DNA of 64,000 nt from Patescibacteria group bacterium (GCA_004297205.1 SCUL01000002.1:786893-850892), one strand, 5' to 3'. Numbered from the stretch's first letter, positions 17,763 through 27,807 are shown. Notes: generated by a model from the letters alone, not told the origin. Program-made: numbers and translations.

Positions 17763-19565
17763 ATGCCCGCCCAGAAACAACAGTTCCCCATCGACACCGT
17801 CCGCCATTCGACCGCCCACCTTCTGGCCGCCGCGGTCAGCGATCTCTACCCCGGCACCAAGCTCGGCGTCGGCCCGGTCATCGAAAACGGCTTTTTTTAC
17901 GATCTCCAGACGCCCCAGCCGATCACGGTCAATGACCTGCCGAAGATCGAAAAGCGCATGCGCAAAATCGCCGAGCGCAGCGAAGCCTACGCGCGCGAGA
18001 ATATGCCGCTTGACCAGGCCATCTCCTTCTTCAAGGACATGGGCCAGAATTTCAAGGTGGAACTGCTGACCGACCTCAAGGAGAAGGGGACGACCAAGAT
18101 CAACGCGGAAGAGCAGCAGGACGTCGACGCGGCACGTCCTGACGTGGCCTCGGTCTACCGCACCGGGAAGTTCGTGGACCTGTGCCGCGGGCCGCACGTG
18201 GCCACCACGCGCGACCTCGGCGCCTTCAAGCTGACCAAGGTCTCCGGCGCCTATTGGCGCGGCAACGACAAAAATCCGCAGCTGACCCGCATCTACGGGT
18301 TGGCCTTTGCCACGCAGGAAGAATTGGACGCGCACCTGAAGATGATGGAAGAGGCGGAGAAGCGCGACCACCGAAAACTCGGCAAGGAGCTTGAGCTCTT
18401 CACCGTCATCAACGAAATCGGCCTGGGGCTGCCGCTCTTCTACCCCAAGGGCGCGCTGCTGCGCCGGCTGGTGGAGAACTACATCATCTCCGAGCAGGAG
18501 AAGCGCGGCTACGTGCCGATTTGGATTCCGCACATCACGAAGGGCGAGCTCTACAAGATTTCGGGCCACCTCGACAAGTACGACGCCATGTACTCGCCCA
18601 TGAAAGTGGACGAGGACGACTACTACTTGAAGCCGATGAACTGCCCGCACTTCATGATGCTCTACCGGCAGACCCCGCATTCCTATCGGGAGCTGCCGAT
18701 GCGCTGGACGTGCACCACCACCAACTACCGCTACGAAAAGCACGGGGAACTCTCCGGGCTGACCCGCGTCCGCTCGCTGACCCAGGACGACTGCCACGTC
18801 TTCTGCATGCCGGACCAGATCGAGAAGGAGATCTCGGTCATGCTCGAGATGATCGGGAAAACCTACAAGGTATTCGGTTTCAAGGAGTTCTGGGTGCGTA
18901 TCTCCTTGCGCGATCCGGCCAACCCCAAGAACTACCTGGGCAGCGACGAGGTCTGGAACATGGCCGAAGGCGCGTTGCGCAAAGTCGTAAAAAAGACCGG
19001 CTGGAACCATAAGGAAGCCACGGGCGAGGCCGCCTTCTATGGTCCCAAGCTCGACTTCATGATGAGGGACGCCATCGGCCGCGAATGGCAGCTCTCCACG
19101 GTCCAGCTCGACTTCAACCTGCCGGAGCGTTTCGGGCTTGAATACGCCGGTGAGGACGGGGAGAAGCACCGCCCGGTCGTCATCCACCGCGCCATCCTCG
19201 GCTCGACGGAGCGTTTCCTCGGCATCATGATCGAGCACTACGCCGGCGCATTCCCGACGTGGCTGGCACCCGTCCAGGTGCAGATCGTGCCGGTCGGCAA
19301 AGCACACATCCGCCCGGGCAAGAAACTGGAGAAGCTGCTCACGGACGCCGGAATGCGCGCCCACTGCGACGACGCCAACGAATCCGTCGGCTACAAGATC
19401 CGCAAAGCGGAAAAAGCCAAGGTGCCGTATATGCTTGTGGTCGGCGACAAGGAGAAATCCCTCAAGAAACTCACTGTTCGCCGCCGCGGTGAAGAAAAGC
19501 AGAAGAGCATGGCGCTCAGTGCCTTCGTGAAGAAGGTCCAGAAAGAGATCGCCGGCTACAAGTAA
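17763..19565 (+). CDS. thrS: Threonine--tRNA ligase (lacks N-terminal TGS domain)
   Basis: RHSTAH, DLCRGPH, GAYWRG, RDHRKLG, LKPMNCP, GLTRVR, AAFYGPK, IHRAILGS. Confidence 0.98.
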   Translation: MPAQKQQFPIDTVRHSTAHLLAAAVSDLYPGTKLGVGPVIENGFFYDLQTPQPITVNDLPKIEKRMRKIAERSEAYARENMPLDQAISFFKDMGQNFKVELLTDLKEKGTTKINAEEQQDVDAARPDVASVYRTGKFVDLCRGPHVATTRDLGAFKLTKVSGAYWRGNDKNPQLTRIYGLAFATQEELDAHLKMMEEAEKRDHRKLGKELELFTVINEIGLGLPLFYPKGALLRRLVENYIISEQEKRGYVPIWIPHITKGELYKISGHLDKYDAMYSPMKVDEDDYYLKPMNCPHFMMLYRQTPHSYRELPMRWTCTTTNYRYEKHGELSGLTRVRSLTQDDCHVFCMPDQIEKEISVMLEMIGKTYKVFGFKEFWVRISLRDPANPKNYLGSDEVWNMAEGALRKVVKKTGWNHKEATGEAAFYGPKLDFMMRDAIGREWQLSTVQLDFNLPERFGLEYAGEDGEKHRPVVIHRAILGSTERFLGIMIEHYAGAFPTWLAPVQVQIVPVGKAHIRPGKKLEKLLTDAGMRAHCDDANESVGYKIRKAEKAKVPYMLVVGDKEKSLKKLTVRRRGEEKQKSMALSAFVKKVQKEIAGYK

Positions 19566-19585
19566 GAGACCCCCTCGGCCACGCA

Positions 19586-19608
19586 GCTCCCCCTTCGCAA
19601 GGGGGAGC
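19586..19608. repeat. REP-like hairpin
   Basis: GCTCCCCCTT-cgc-AAGGGGGAGC perfect stem, similar to the 6779 units. Confidence 0.55.
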
Positions 19609-19612
19609 ATTA

Positions 19613-19640
19613 CAAAACCCCCGCCATGGCGGGGGTTTTG
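19613..19640. terminator. Bidirectional terminator
   Basis: CAAAACCCCCGCCATGGCGGGGGTTTTG perfect palindrome between convergent genes. Confidence 0.8.
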
Positions 19641-19647
19641 TTTCGCA

Positions 19648-21570
19648 TTATCGAGGTGGCTTGCTGCGCCCGATGCCGATGTAGCTGCTGGAGCTGCTCT
19701 TGCCTGCGCCGGCGCGGAAGATGCTGGCGCGATCACCCGTCGCCGGGGTCTCCATGATGTCGCGTACCATCTTGTCCATCTTCTGGAATTGGATGACTTC
19801 CTGGGAGGTCATGGTTTCTTTCGGCCTCGGCCCGCCGCCGAACAGCCGGCGGAAGAAACCGACCTTGGGCTGCGGCTTCATGGCCTCGGCCAGCCGCGCG
19901 TTGTCTTTCATCAACAGTTCCCAGTACATGGCGGAGAACTTGTCCATGTCCGCGCGCTCTTCGAAGGAGCGCTTGGGATCGCGTACGGCGGCGAGGCTGA
20001 ACGCCTCCATGAAATCGGTCTTGTTGGAGAAGTCGCGGGCGCTTTTGGCTTCGATGTTGCCGATCTCGGCCGCGGCCCGGTTCACGTCCATGTCAGGATA
20101 CAGCTCTTGGGCGCGTTCGCGGCGGGCGAGTTCCTCCGGTTTTTCTCCCTGTGCGAACCAAGCTTCCTCTTCACCCGGCTTCAGCTCGTTGCGCTCGCGG
20201 CGCAGCCGATCCTGTTCGGCGCGGACCTTGGCTTGGAGTTCGTCGATGCGCGCATTGACTCGTTCAACGGAACCCCGGCCAATTTCAGCGGCTTTGGCGG
20301 TTGCTTCGGCTCGGAAACGCGCTCTGAACTCTTCGTCGGTTTCCGCGACGGGTTCCACGGGCAGGTTCTCCGGCACGTTGGTGTCCGGCCCGGCTTCCAT
20401 GGCGCCGACCAACTCGTTGGCCTGGCGACGGGCGGTTTCCTCCGCGGTCGGCGGGGGAGGCAGGTTGCGCAACTCCTCGAGCGCGGCGGCTGTTTCGGTC
20501 GGCGCCTTACCGAGTTTGACTTTCTGTTCGTCCAGCCATGTGCGGAACTCCGCGGCGCTTTTTGCTTTCTCGCCCGCCTTGCTGCGGGCTTCGCTCTCGG
20601 CCAGGCCGGCGGCGATGATGGCGGCCATCTCCTGCTTCGCGCGGCGGCGCTCTTCGAGGCGGGCGCGGAATTCGGCCGCTGCCGTTTCTGCCGCCTCGAT
20701 GTTTGCTTTCTCTTTGACGGCCTTCCTGGTGCGCTCGATCAACTCGCGCTGCTTGGCCGCGGCGCGTTCAGCGCCCGCCGTTTCGTCTGAGACGTAGCGG
20801 TCCCACATCTTGCGGGCCTTGGAAATGTCTTTGACGCGGCTCTGGAAAGCATCCGCGCTCATGTCGCCCCGGCCGTAGCGGTCGAGTGCGTCCTCCACGG
20901 TTTGTACGGCACCGCGGATCAGCGACTCGCCGGCCTTGGGCAGCGCACCCGATTCGAGCGCCTGGCTGTAGGTATTTCGGAGGTCAACCAGCACCGCACG
21001 ATCCGTTTCCGCGGCCTCAAAACTTTCCCGTGCAGCCTCCCGGCCCTTGATGCGTGCCGCGCTGCTGCGCTTGAGGGTGCCCTTGGCAAGCAAACGGTCT
21101 TCTTTCTCCCACGGGACGTCTCCCTTGAGCGCGTGGACGCGCTGGCGCAGGCTGTCGATGCCGTTCGCCAGCGCGGCGCGGGCCTCTGGGTCGGTTTCCG
21201 TCTCCAACTGCTCGGCCGTCAGGTCGTACTGTTTCTGGAGGTCCTTGAGTTGCGTCTTCAGGTCGGACGGTTGTTCGCGCAGCCTTTCTGGAACGCGGAC
21301 GGTCTGGGTGGTCTCGCGCGGCATTTCCATGCGCGCGTAGTCCTCGGCGTGTTCGTCGATGAAGGCTTGGAGCGGGGCGATCTCCTCATCAATTTTTTTG
21401 AGTTCGGCAGCGGAAGCGCCTTCGCCTTCGAGCCGGGCGCGTTCGGCCTGCAACTCGAACATCCGGGCCGAGACGTCGCCAAGATAGGCCTCGTTGATTT
21501 CGGTGCTTTCCACTTTCTTCGGCTCCTGCTCCGCGGCGTTGCGCCGCATGTCCCGTGCCCCTTCAGCCAT
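19648..21570 (-). CDS. Hypothetical charged coiled-coil protein, 640 aa
   Basis: E/A/R/K-rich helical composition; TGGTATACT -10 upstream; KVGFFRRLFGG near C-terminus. Confidence 0.8.
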   Translation of the reverse strand: MAEGARDMRRNAAEQEPKKVESTEINEAYLGDVSARMFELQAERARLEGEGASAAELKKIDEEIAPLQAFIDEHAEDYARMEMPRETTQTVRVPERLREQPSDLKTQLKDLQKQYDLTAEQLETETDPEARAALANGIDSLRQRVHALKGDVPWEKEDRLLAKGTLKRSSAARIKGREAARESFEAAETDRAVLVDLRNTYSQALESGALPKAGESLIRGAVQTVEDALDRYGRGDMSADAFQSRVKDISKARKMWDRYVSDETAGAERAAAKQRELIERTRKAVKEKANIEAAETAAAEFRARLEERRRAKQEMAAIIAAGLAESEARSKAGEKAKSAAEFRTWLDEQKVKLGKAPTETAAALEELRNLPPPPTAEETARRQANELVGAMEAGPDTNVPENLPVEPVAETDEEFRARFRAEATAKAAEIGRGSVERVNARIDELQAKVRAEQDRLRRERNELKPGEEEAWFAQGEKPEELARRERAQELYPDMDVNRAAAEIGNIEAKSARDFSNKTDFMEAFSLAAVRDPKRSFEERADMDKFSAMYWELLMKDNARLAEAMKPQPKVGFFRRLFGGGPRPKETMTSQEVIQFQKMDKMVRDIMETPATGDRASIFRAGAGKSSSSSYIGIGRSKPPR

Positions 21571-21630
21571 AAAAAGCGTGGTAAAAGTCAGCGAAAGTAT
21601 ACCATATGATAAAAAAAAGAGCGTCCCCAG

Positions 21631-22089
21631 TCAGGAGGACGTCACCAGCGAGAATATCCGCTTGTGCCCGGCGCGCCGCGCGTAGGTCTCCTCCCGGCCG
21701 TCCGGCCAGCGGAGATGGACGCAATCCACGCAGTCGCTGCCGCCGCTGCGGCGTCGGATGCGTTCCTCGCCGGCCAGCGCGAGCGGGCTGACCGGTTCGA
21801 GCTTCAGGATACGGATGGTCTGCTGTCCGACCCTGCGCGCCGGGACGCCGCCGATGCGGCCCTCGACGCGGTAGGGGATGCCGACCTGCCGCCCCGCGGT
21901 CCGCCTCGTCCCAGGGGTGGTGCCCTGGAGACGGACGACGAGCTTCTGCAGCATCTCGTCCGGCGGCGGCGGCCGCAGGTCCCACGGGTCGCGGGCCTTG
22001 AGAAACAGGCAACGCGTCCATTCCAAGAACTTCACTTCGATGTCGAGCGATGCGTAGCCGCTGACCGGCGACGCCTGTGGTTCGGCCAT
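21631..22089 (-). CDS. Hypothetical protein
   Basis: TTGACA-17-TATGCT promoter and GGAGGGAGGAG SD upstream. Confidence 0.65.
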   Translation of the reverse strand: MAEPQASPVSGYASLDIEVKFLEWTRCLFLKARDPWDLRPPPPDEMLQKLVVRLQGTTPGTRRTAGRQVGIPYRVEGRIGGVPARRVGQQTIRILKLEPVSPLALAGEERIRRRSGGSDCVDCVHLRWPDGREETYARRAGHKRIFSLVTSS

Positions 22090-22218
22090 GGCTTTTCTTC
22101 TCCTCCCTCCGAACGCAGCAGCATACGCGCGACGTTCCGGCGTGTCAAGCGCAGCGGTTTGATTGACGAAAGGCCGATTTTTTGCTATGATACACCCTGT
22201 TCATAACAGATTGCGCCT

Positions 22219-22920
22219 ATGCCCCCGCGTGGAGAAGGAATGGGCTCGCCCATGAGCGAAGTGGAAAGCGAATTGGCCGATGTGCACAAGATGGAGAAGG
22301 AACGCGCCGAGGCGGTCCGTTCTCCGGAAGAGCGCGTCGCGGATGTTGTGGCGTTGTGGGGTCGGTCGGACCGCGAGCGCATGAATCCGGACGATCTGGC
22401 CAAGTCCCTTGTCCAGATGGATCGACTGGTCCGTGATATTGAATTGCTTTCCGAGTCGTCTCCCGAACAAGGCGCGACTTTGGCGCTTGCGGACAAGATC
22501 GCGAAAGACGTCGAGGGACGCGCGCAGAAGCGCGAAGTGAGCGAGCAGCGGGAGTGGATGCTGCGGCTGCAGACCGCCAAGGACATCCATGACCTCGCCG
22601 AGGGCATCAACGACGCCGAGCAGCTCACCTTCGAGGCCGTCCTCGAATCACAGAAGGCGCCGGAGCAGATCGGTCTTCAGATGCGCCTGGACATCGCCCG
22701 CTCCGCACAGCGCAGCTACGAGGCGCTGGCCGGACAGGTCTATGAGATGATCAAAGAGGGCAAGAACCTGCCTCAGGGCCATCGCACCCAGCTCATCGAG
22801 CAGGGCAAGCGCTTGGTCGGGCTCATCAAGCATGAGCAGCAGATCTCCGAGCTGGCGGAACGCAATTTCCTCGACAACCTCGAAGCGCAGGTCGCCAAAG
22901 CCGAACGTGAAGCCGCCTAA
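22219..22920 (+). CDS. Hypothetical helical protein
   Basis: TTGACG-17-TATGAT at 22163-22191; terminator downstream; start could be 22240 or 22252. Confidence 0.75.
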   Translation: MPPRGEGMGSPMSEVESELADVHKMEKERAEAVRSPEERVADVVALWGRSDRERMNPDDLAKSLVQMDRLVRDIELLSESSPEQGATLALADKIAKDVEGRAQKREVSEQREWMLRLQTAKDIHDLAEGINDAEQLTFEAVLESQKAPEQIGLQMRLDIARSAQRSYEALAGQVYEMIKEGKNLPQGHRTQLIEQGKRLVGLIKHEQQISELAERNFLDNLEAQVAKAEREAA

Positions 22921-22931
22921 TCAGGCAACGT

Positions 22932-22959
22932 AAAACCCCCCGCCATGGCGGGGGGTTTT
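22932..22959. terminator. Bidirectional terminator
   Basis: AAAACCCCCCGCCATGGCGGGGGGTTTT perfect palindrome. Confidence 0.8.
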
Positions 22960-22984
22960 CTGATAAAAAACGAGCTGCCGGGGG

Positions 22985-23344
22985 TCAGGCAGCGACGCGG
23001 TAGATGGCGCGCGGTCCGCGCTCGAGCGTGGCCTCGGCGTTCGGCAGGCGGAGGATCACCTTGGTGATCGTGACGTCCCGCTTGGGGCCGAACCAACGCT
23101 CCTCCATGCGGGCCTGCATGCGGTCCGCGAGGACCAGGGTGCAGGTAACCTGGCCGGGGCCGACCATCCGGACCCGGTCGGTGCGGTAGCGGATGCCGTT
23201 CGGGAAGCCCTCGGTGACGATCAGGACTTCGGCAGTGGCGAGCCACTGCAGGTCGGGGGACTCTCCCCGCGGCGCGGCGAGGTAGAAGCACCTCTGTCCG
23301 AGCTGCAGGAAGACGTGTCCCACGTATTGCGGATTGATCAGCAC
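22985..23344 (-). CDS. Hypothetical beta-rich protein
   Basis: TTGACA-17-TAGGTT promoter and AAGGAGG SD before GTG. Confidence 0.65.
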   Translation of the reverse strand: MLINPQYVGHVFLQLGQRCFYLAAPRGESPDLQWLATAEVLIVTEGFPNGIRYRTDRVRMVGPGQVTCTLVLADRMQARMEERWFGPKRDVTITKVILRLPNAEATLERGPRAIYRVAA

Positions 23345-23367
23345 GATCCCTCCTTCTGGAGGGGAAC

Positions 23368-25146
23368 CTAGCTGGCTTTGTCGGCCCTGTCAAGGGCCGG
23401 GGACACGGCGGATTCTGCCGGCGGAAGGACGGTGACGCGGACCATCGGGTAGCGTTCCTGGTCGGCCATCTGGCGCAGCGCGCCTTCGGGATCTTTGGCG
23501 GCGGCCAGCGTGGCGTCGGCGCGCAGCTGGGCGTGCTCGGCCGGCAAGATTACGAATGCGTCGCCGAACTCGGCGGCGAAGGATTCACGTGCCGTCTGGT
23601 TGGCGCGCACCGGGCGCTCCAGGCCGCGCAGTTTCAGCGTCTCCTGGCCACGGCGGTTCATGGCGTCGTGCAGCGGCTCCAGATGCCCGTTACGCAGGCG
23701 ATAGACGAGGATGCCGTTGCCCAAGCGCCCGGAGATGCTGGCGGCGCGGGTTTCCAGGAGGCGCAGCCGTTCCTCCTCTGGGAGACGTTCTTTCAGGCGT
23801 TCGGCCAAGGTGTAGCGGGCGGGCCGGGACAGGCCGCGGAAGGCATCCGATGCCATGACGGCAGCCACGGACTCCTGCCGCTCGCGCAGCGCATCCTCGA
23901 GCGCCCCGATCGTGGCGCGTTCCTCGTCTCGAAGATCCGGTTCGCGCAGCCGGGCCAACAGGCCGGGGTCGCGGATGATCTGCTCTTTGGCCGCGGCTTC
24001 TGCCAGCAGCGCGCGTTCATCGGAAGCCAGCGGCGGCTCGCCCGTCTGGAGGATCTTCTCGACCCGGGCTTCGGCATTCTGCATGTTGCTGCGCAGCTCC
24101 TGGAGCAGACCGCGGACGGCAGCGAGTTCTTCCCGCTGCTGCGTGAGTTCTTCGACCACGGACCGGGCGTTTCCCCAGTCATGCTGGGAGGCTTTATGTT
24201 TGTAGAAATCGGTTTTCTCCGCCGCAGAATAAATCGGGAGACGAGCAATGCGTTGATAGACGTACCCTTCCGTTTTTTTGCCTTGGCGATGTTCCTTCTT
24301 GGACAGCCGGCGCATCTCCGTCACCGCATCCGGCGCCTGTTCTTTCTCGAACCGGGCCAGAAAGTCGGCCGCGCCGCGTTTGAGCGACATCAACAGGTCG
24401 TCTTGGCCGCCTTCCAGGAATTTCGCTGCTTCACCGCCTTTGAGGTAGCGGCCGGCGCGGTCCAAGAGCGGTTTCAAGCGTTCTTTGGACGTTTCGTAGT
24501 CCTTGCGCAGGCGCCGCTCTTCGTCGACGTACTTCCCCAGATAGCTTTTCCACTCCATTTCATCCGCGTTGAGGGTTTTTCTTCCGACCAGGGCTTCCGC
24601 CGTGTCCTTGTCCGCGCCGACGATTTCTTCCTCGGAGATCCGTTCCGGGATGACGGCCAGGGCCACGGAAGCGGGGAGTTCGAGCGCGGTTTCCCGGTCT
24701 CCGCGGGCGCGCAGATCGACGTCCCGCAGGAGGAGGTCCCTCTCGGCCAGGGCGTTTTCGCTGGCCGAGGCCAGCAGGTCTTCCGCGCGAGTTCGCCGCG
24801 GCCGGAAGATTTCGGCGCCGGCGTCCCCCGTGGAAACCGCTTCCCGGTCCATGGCCAGCGTTTTCAAGTCGTACTCGGCCACGGCAAAGATGTCGTTGGC
24901 AACATGCGCCGCCGCTTCTTCCGGGGCGTCCCGTCCGTCAACAAAGACAACGAGTCCGGTTTCCGGGTCGGTCCTGACCGCGAATTCCGGCGTGCCGGAG
25001 GCGCGATCCTCGATCTCGAAATAGCGCAGGGGATGACGCTTCGTTTCCACGCCGGACTCGCGGCGCTTGCCGACCGGCGTGCGCCTGTCGCTGCCTTCAG
25101 CTCGGGTTTCAGGAAAGATGTCTGCAAGCGGTCGGGCGCGTTCCAT
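23368..25146 (-). CDS. Hypothetical protein, degenerate PP2C/PPM-like fold with helical insertion (paralog A)
   Basis: ATG 9 nt after TAGAAT; shares seven blocks with 25684-27807. Confidence 0.75.
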   Translation of the reverse strand: MERARPLADIFPETRAEGSDRRTPVGKRRESGVETKRHPLRYFEIEDRASGTPEFAVRTDPETGLVVFVDGRDAPEEAAAHVANDIFAVAEYDLKTLAMDREAVSTGDAGAEIFRPRRTRAEDLLASASENALAERDLLLRDVDLRARGDRETALELPASVALAVIPERISEEEIVGADKDTAEALVGRKTLNADEMEWKSYLGKYVDEERRLRKDYETSKERLKPLLDRAGRYLKGGEAAKFLEGGQDDLLMSLKRGAADFLARFEKEQAPDAVTEMRRLSKKEHRQGKKTEGYVYQRIARLPIYSAAEKTDFYKHKASQHDWGNARSVVEELTQQREELAAVRGLLQELRSNMQNAEARVEKILQTGEPPLASDERALLAEAAAKEQIIRDPGLLARLREPDLRDEERATIGALEDALRERQESVAAVMASDAFRGLSRPARYTLAERLKERLPEEERLRLLETRAASISGRLGNGILVYRLRNGHLEPLHDAMNRRGQETLKLRGLERPVRANQTARESFAAEFGDAFVILPAEHAQLRADATLAAAKDPEGALRQMADQERYPMVRVTVLPPAESAVSPALDRADKAS

Positions 25147-25230
25147 ACCGCACAATTCTAGCAGGAACAGGCCATCTTGACAGGCGGGCGCAGAACGGCT
25201 AGGGTTGCCGGTCGGCAAGGAAGTGTGGAA

Positions 25231-25659
25231 ATGGCCCGACTGCGCTACCATGTGCGCATGGAAAGGGGACGTCTCATGTCGTTTTTCGCGCGACTTGTCG
25301 GCGCCGACAGCGGCATCGACGAGCACCCTTCGTGGCTTCTGCAGTGCCTGCACTACGCGCGCATCCGCAAGAACCCCGACGGATCGCTCCTCCTCATCGT
25401 CGAGGCCGACGACAAGATCGGCATGCACGGCACCTTCGCGCGGCTCCAGCCGCGCCTCGTCACCGCCGCCGGGGTCGAGATTCCGCTCACGGTCGTCGAG
25501 TACCTGCGCGACTGCGGCTTCCCGGTGCGCTGTACCGCGCGTCCGGCCGACGCCGTCACGTTCGACGCCGACGGCAAGGTCTCCGTCCAGAAGCTCCGCC
25601 TGAGCTTCAATGGCGTGACCAAGGACCTCGAGGTCACCAACGCGAAAGAGGGCTCCTGA
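25231..25659 (+). CDS. Hypothetical protein
   Basis: TTGACA-17-TAGGGT at 25177-25205; start 25231 or 25276 (SD GAAAGGGG); high GC3. Confidence 0.65.
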   Translation: MARLRYHVRMERGRLMSFFARLVGADSGIDEHPSWLLQCLHYARIRKNPDGSLLLIVEADDKIGMHGTFARLQPRLVTAAGVEIPLTVVEYLRDCGFPVRCTARPADAVTFDADGKVSVQKLRLSFNGVTKDLEVTNAKEGS

Positions 25660-25683
25660 CGTGCAGGTCGCCCTCGTTTTTTA

Positions 25684-27807
25684 TTACGTGGGAATCCGCA
25701 GTACCAGGTGGGGACGCTCCGAGGTATTTTTGAGCCGCTCGGAGTTGGTTTTTGCGCTGCGGTTGGGGTCGCCTTTGAGTTCGGCCAGGATTTTTTCGAT
25801 GCCCTCGGTGCCGACGCGCTCCTGCTGGCCCAGCACGAATTCTTCGGCTGAGGAGGGAACGATGACAATCTGGTCGCCGGCCTGGACGCCGATATCGACG
25901 GCGGCATTGGCCTGCTGACTGACTGTCCGCTTGGTGGTGGAGAGGATGCGCTGCGCTTCCTTGTCTTCCTGATTGACCTCCAGATCCTCCGAAGTTTTTC
26001 CGGCTTTCGCGCCGGTATCCACCTTCGTGACTTTGCCGTCGCGGCCGACCTTGAGGACGGTCAGGGCTTCACCGGGCTTGCCGCGGAGCATCAGACGGCG
26101 GGCCTGGAGCAGTTCGGTGGCCTGCTTCGACTCAATGACGCCCAGGTTCTTCAACCGTTGCACGACCACGAACCGGCCCTCGCGCGACAAGCCCGTGAAG
26201 CGCGGGTCCTTCAGGAGCGCCATAGGATTCTCCTCAGCCCGCTTCATTTCGTAGGTCAGGTCGTCGGCCGTCTTGCTTTCCCCCTCGGAGAGCGACGGTT
26301 CGATCAGACGGTCGGCTTTTTCCGGGTCCTTGGGGGCGGCCGATTCGAAGCTGCGCAGCAGCAATTCCAGATTCGTCTCCGGCGGGTACGACAGCGCCTG
26401 GTAGAGCGCCAGTCGCTCCGCGGGGGATTCCAACAGTCGCTGGACCGACGGGGAGTTCAGGAACGTCATAGCTGCCTGGGTGGCGGCGTTTCGTTCCGTA
26501 GCGGTCTTGGGGTCCCGGATTTTTTTGAAGAAGGAGTTGAGTTTTTCCGCGCTGCCCTTGACCGCGGCCGCCGCCTCGGGGGAGAGTTCGGGCGCGGAAA
26601 AATTCTTGGCCGTTTCCGGCGTCAGCATGATTTCCACTTTCAGCCGTTCGAGGAGGATAGGCAGTGTTTCCGTGGCGAGCTTGGCGAGTTCTGGATCGTT
26701 TTTCAGTTCGCGGTAGGTTTCCTCGAACTGTTCGTCCGTTTGCGTCAACCGGGCCTGCCGTGTTTCTTCCAGCTTGCGGGCCAAGATCTTGGCGACTTCC
26801 ATGTTGTTCATCAGCTGCTGATGTTCCGGACCGACCGCAGTCAGCGCCTCTTGCGCCTCGTACACCTTGCTGATGTAGGCGCGTTGCTCCGGATTGAGCG
26901 ATTCATCGCCGTCGAGATCGGATTTCGTCGGCCACTTGATGAGCGGATCGCCGCCCAACCAATTTTTGACTTCGGCGCGGATGGCGTCGTATTTGGTTTT
27001 GGCGTCCTCAACGTTCTGTGTGGAGGCGCGTTCCTGCTCTTCCAATCCGCGCGTGCCTTTGTTCACGAGTTCCCCGATCACGGCTTTCAGTTCGGCCTTG
27101 GATTTGTCATCGCCGTAGAATTCCTGCGGCGTGATCTCCTCGTTAAACACCTGGCCGACGACGAAAGGGGGGACTTCGATGGCCGAGGCCTTGTCGCCGC
27201 GCGCCAGCTTGTGGGCGTTCTCGCGGACCACGGCGTCGAGCGCGCCGCGTGAAGCCGCGGACATGAGCCGCGTGTCGATCGACGAGGCGCGGGCGCGGGA
27301 CGTTTCCCCGTGGGCCAGGCTGACCGCCTTCTGCTCCGGCCCCGAAGATTCCTTCAAGCGTTCCAATGCGGAGTCAACGATGCCTTCGACGGCCGTCGGT
27401 TCGGCGTTTTCCCCGGCGACGAAAATGAAGGTCCCACTGTCCGGGTTGACGTCCAGGCCGGCCTTCCCGCGTTTGCCGGCCACATTGCTGGCGGCTTCGA
27501 ACACCGGACCTTTCGGTTCCTGCTCACGTACGGTTTCGGGAGCCGTGGGGGCGATCTCGGGCTTGGCGCCGGGGCGGGAGGTCCGTTTCCGTTCCACGTC
27601 GGATTCCGCCGGCTGTTCGGCAACGTCGATCTCCTTCAAGCTGCTGTCCGCCAGATAGGTCTGCCCGGTCACGTCGATGCGCGGCGGCGGGGGCGGTACG
27701 TAGTCCTTCGGAACCGCCCTTTCCGGGGGCACGGGCGGTACGGGAGATTCGCGGCGCAGCGGCCGCTTCGTCGAACCGCCTTTTTCCGTCATGGTTCCGC
27801 GTTCCAT
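25684..27807 (-). CDS. Hypothetical protein, degenerate PP2C/PPM-like fold with helical insertion (paralog B)
   Basis: ATG downstream of TACAAT; Pro-rich N-terminus; blocks shared with 23368-25146. Confidence 0.75.
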   Translation of the reverse strand: MERGTMTEKGGSTKRPLRRESPVPPVPPERAVPKDYVPPPPPRIDVTGQTYLADSSLKEIDVAEQPAESDVERKRTSRPGAKPEIAPTAPETVREQEPKGPVFEAASNVAGKRGKAGLDVNPDSGTFIFVAGENAEPTAVEGIVDSALERLKESSGPEQKAVSLAHGETSRARASSIDTRLMSAASRGALDAVVRENAHKLARGDKASAIEVPPFVVGQVFNEEITPQEFYGDDKSKAELKAVIGELVNKGTRGLEEQERASTQNVEDAKTKYDAIRAEVKNWLGGDPLIKWPTKSDLDGDESLNPEQRAYISKVYEAQEALTAVGPEHQQLMNNMEVAKILARKLEETRQARLTQTDEQFEETYRELKNDPELAKLATETLPILLERLKVEIMLTPETAKNFSAPELSPEAAAAVKGSAEKLNSFFKKIRDPKTATERNAATQAAMTFLNSPSVQRLLESPAERLALYQALSYPPETNLELLLRSFESAAPKDPEKADRLIEPSLSEGESKTADDLTYEMKRAEENPMALLKDPRFTGLSREGRFVVVQRLKNLGVIESKQATELLQARRLMLRGKPGEALTVLKVGRDGKVTKVDTGAKAGKTSEDLEVNQEDKEAQRILSTTKRTVSQQANAAVDIGVQAGDQIVIVPSSAEEFVLGQQERVGTEGIEKILAELKGDPNRSAKTNSERLKNTSERPHLVLRIPT

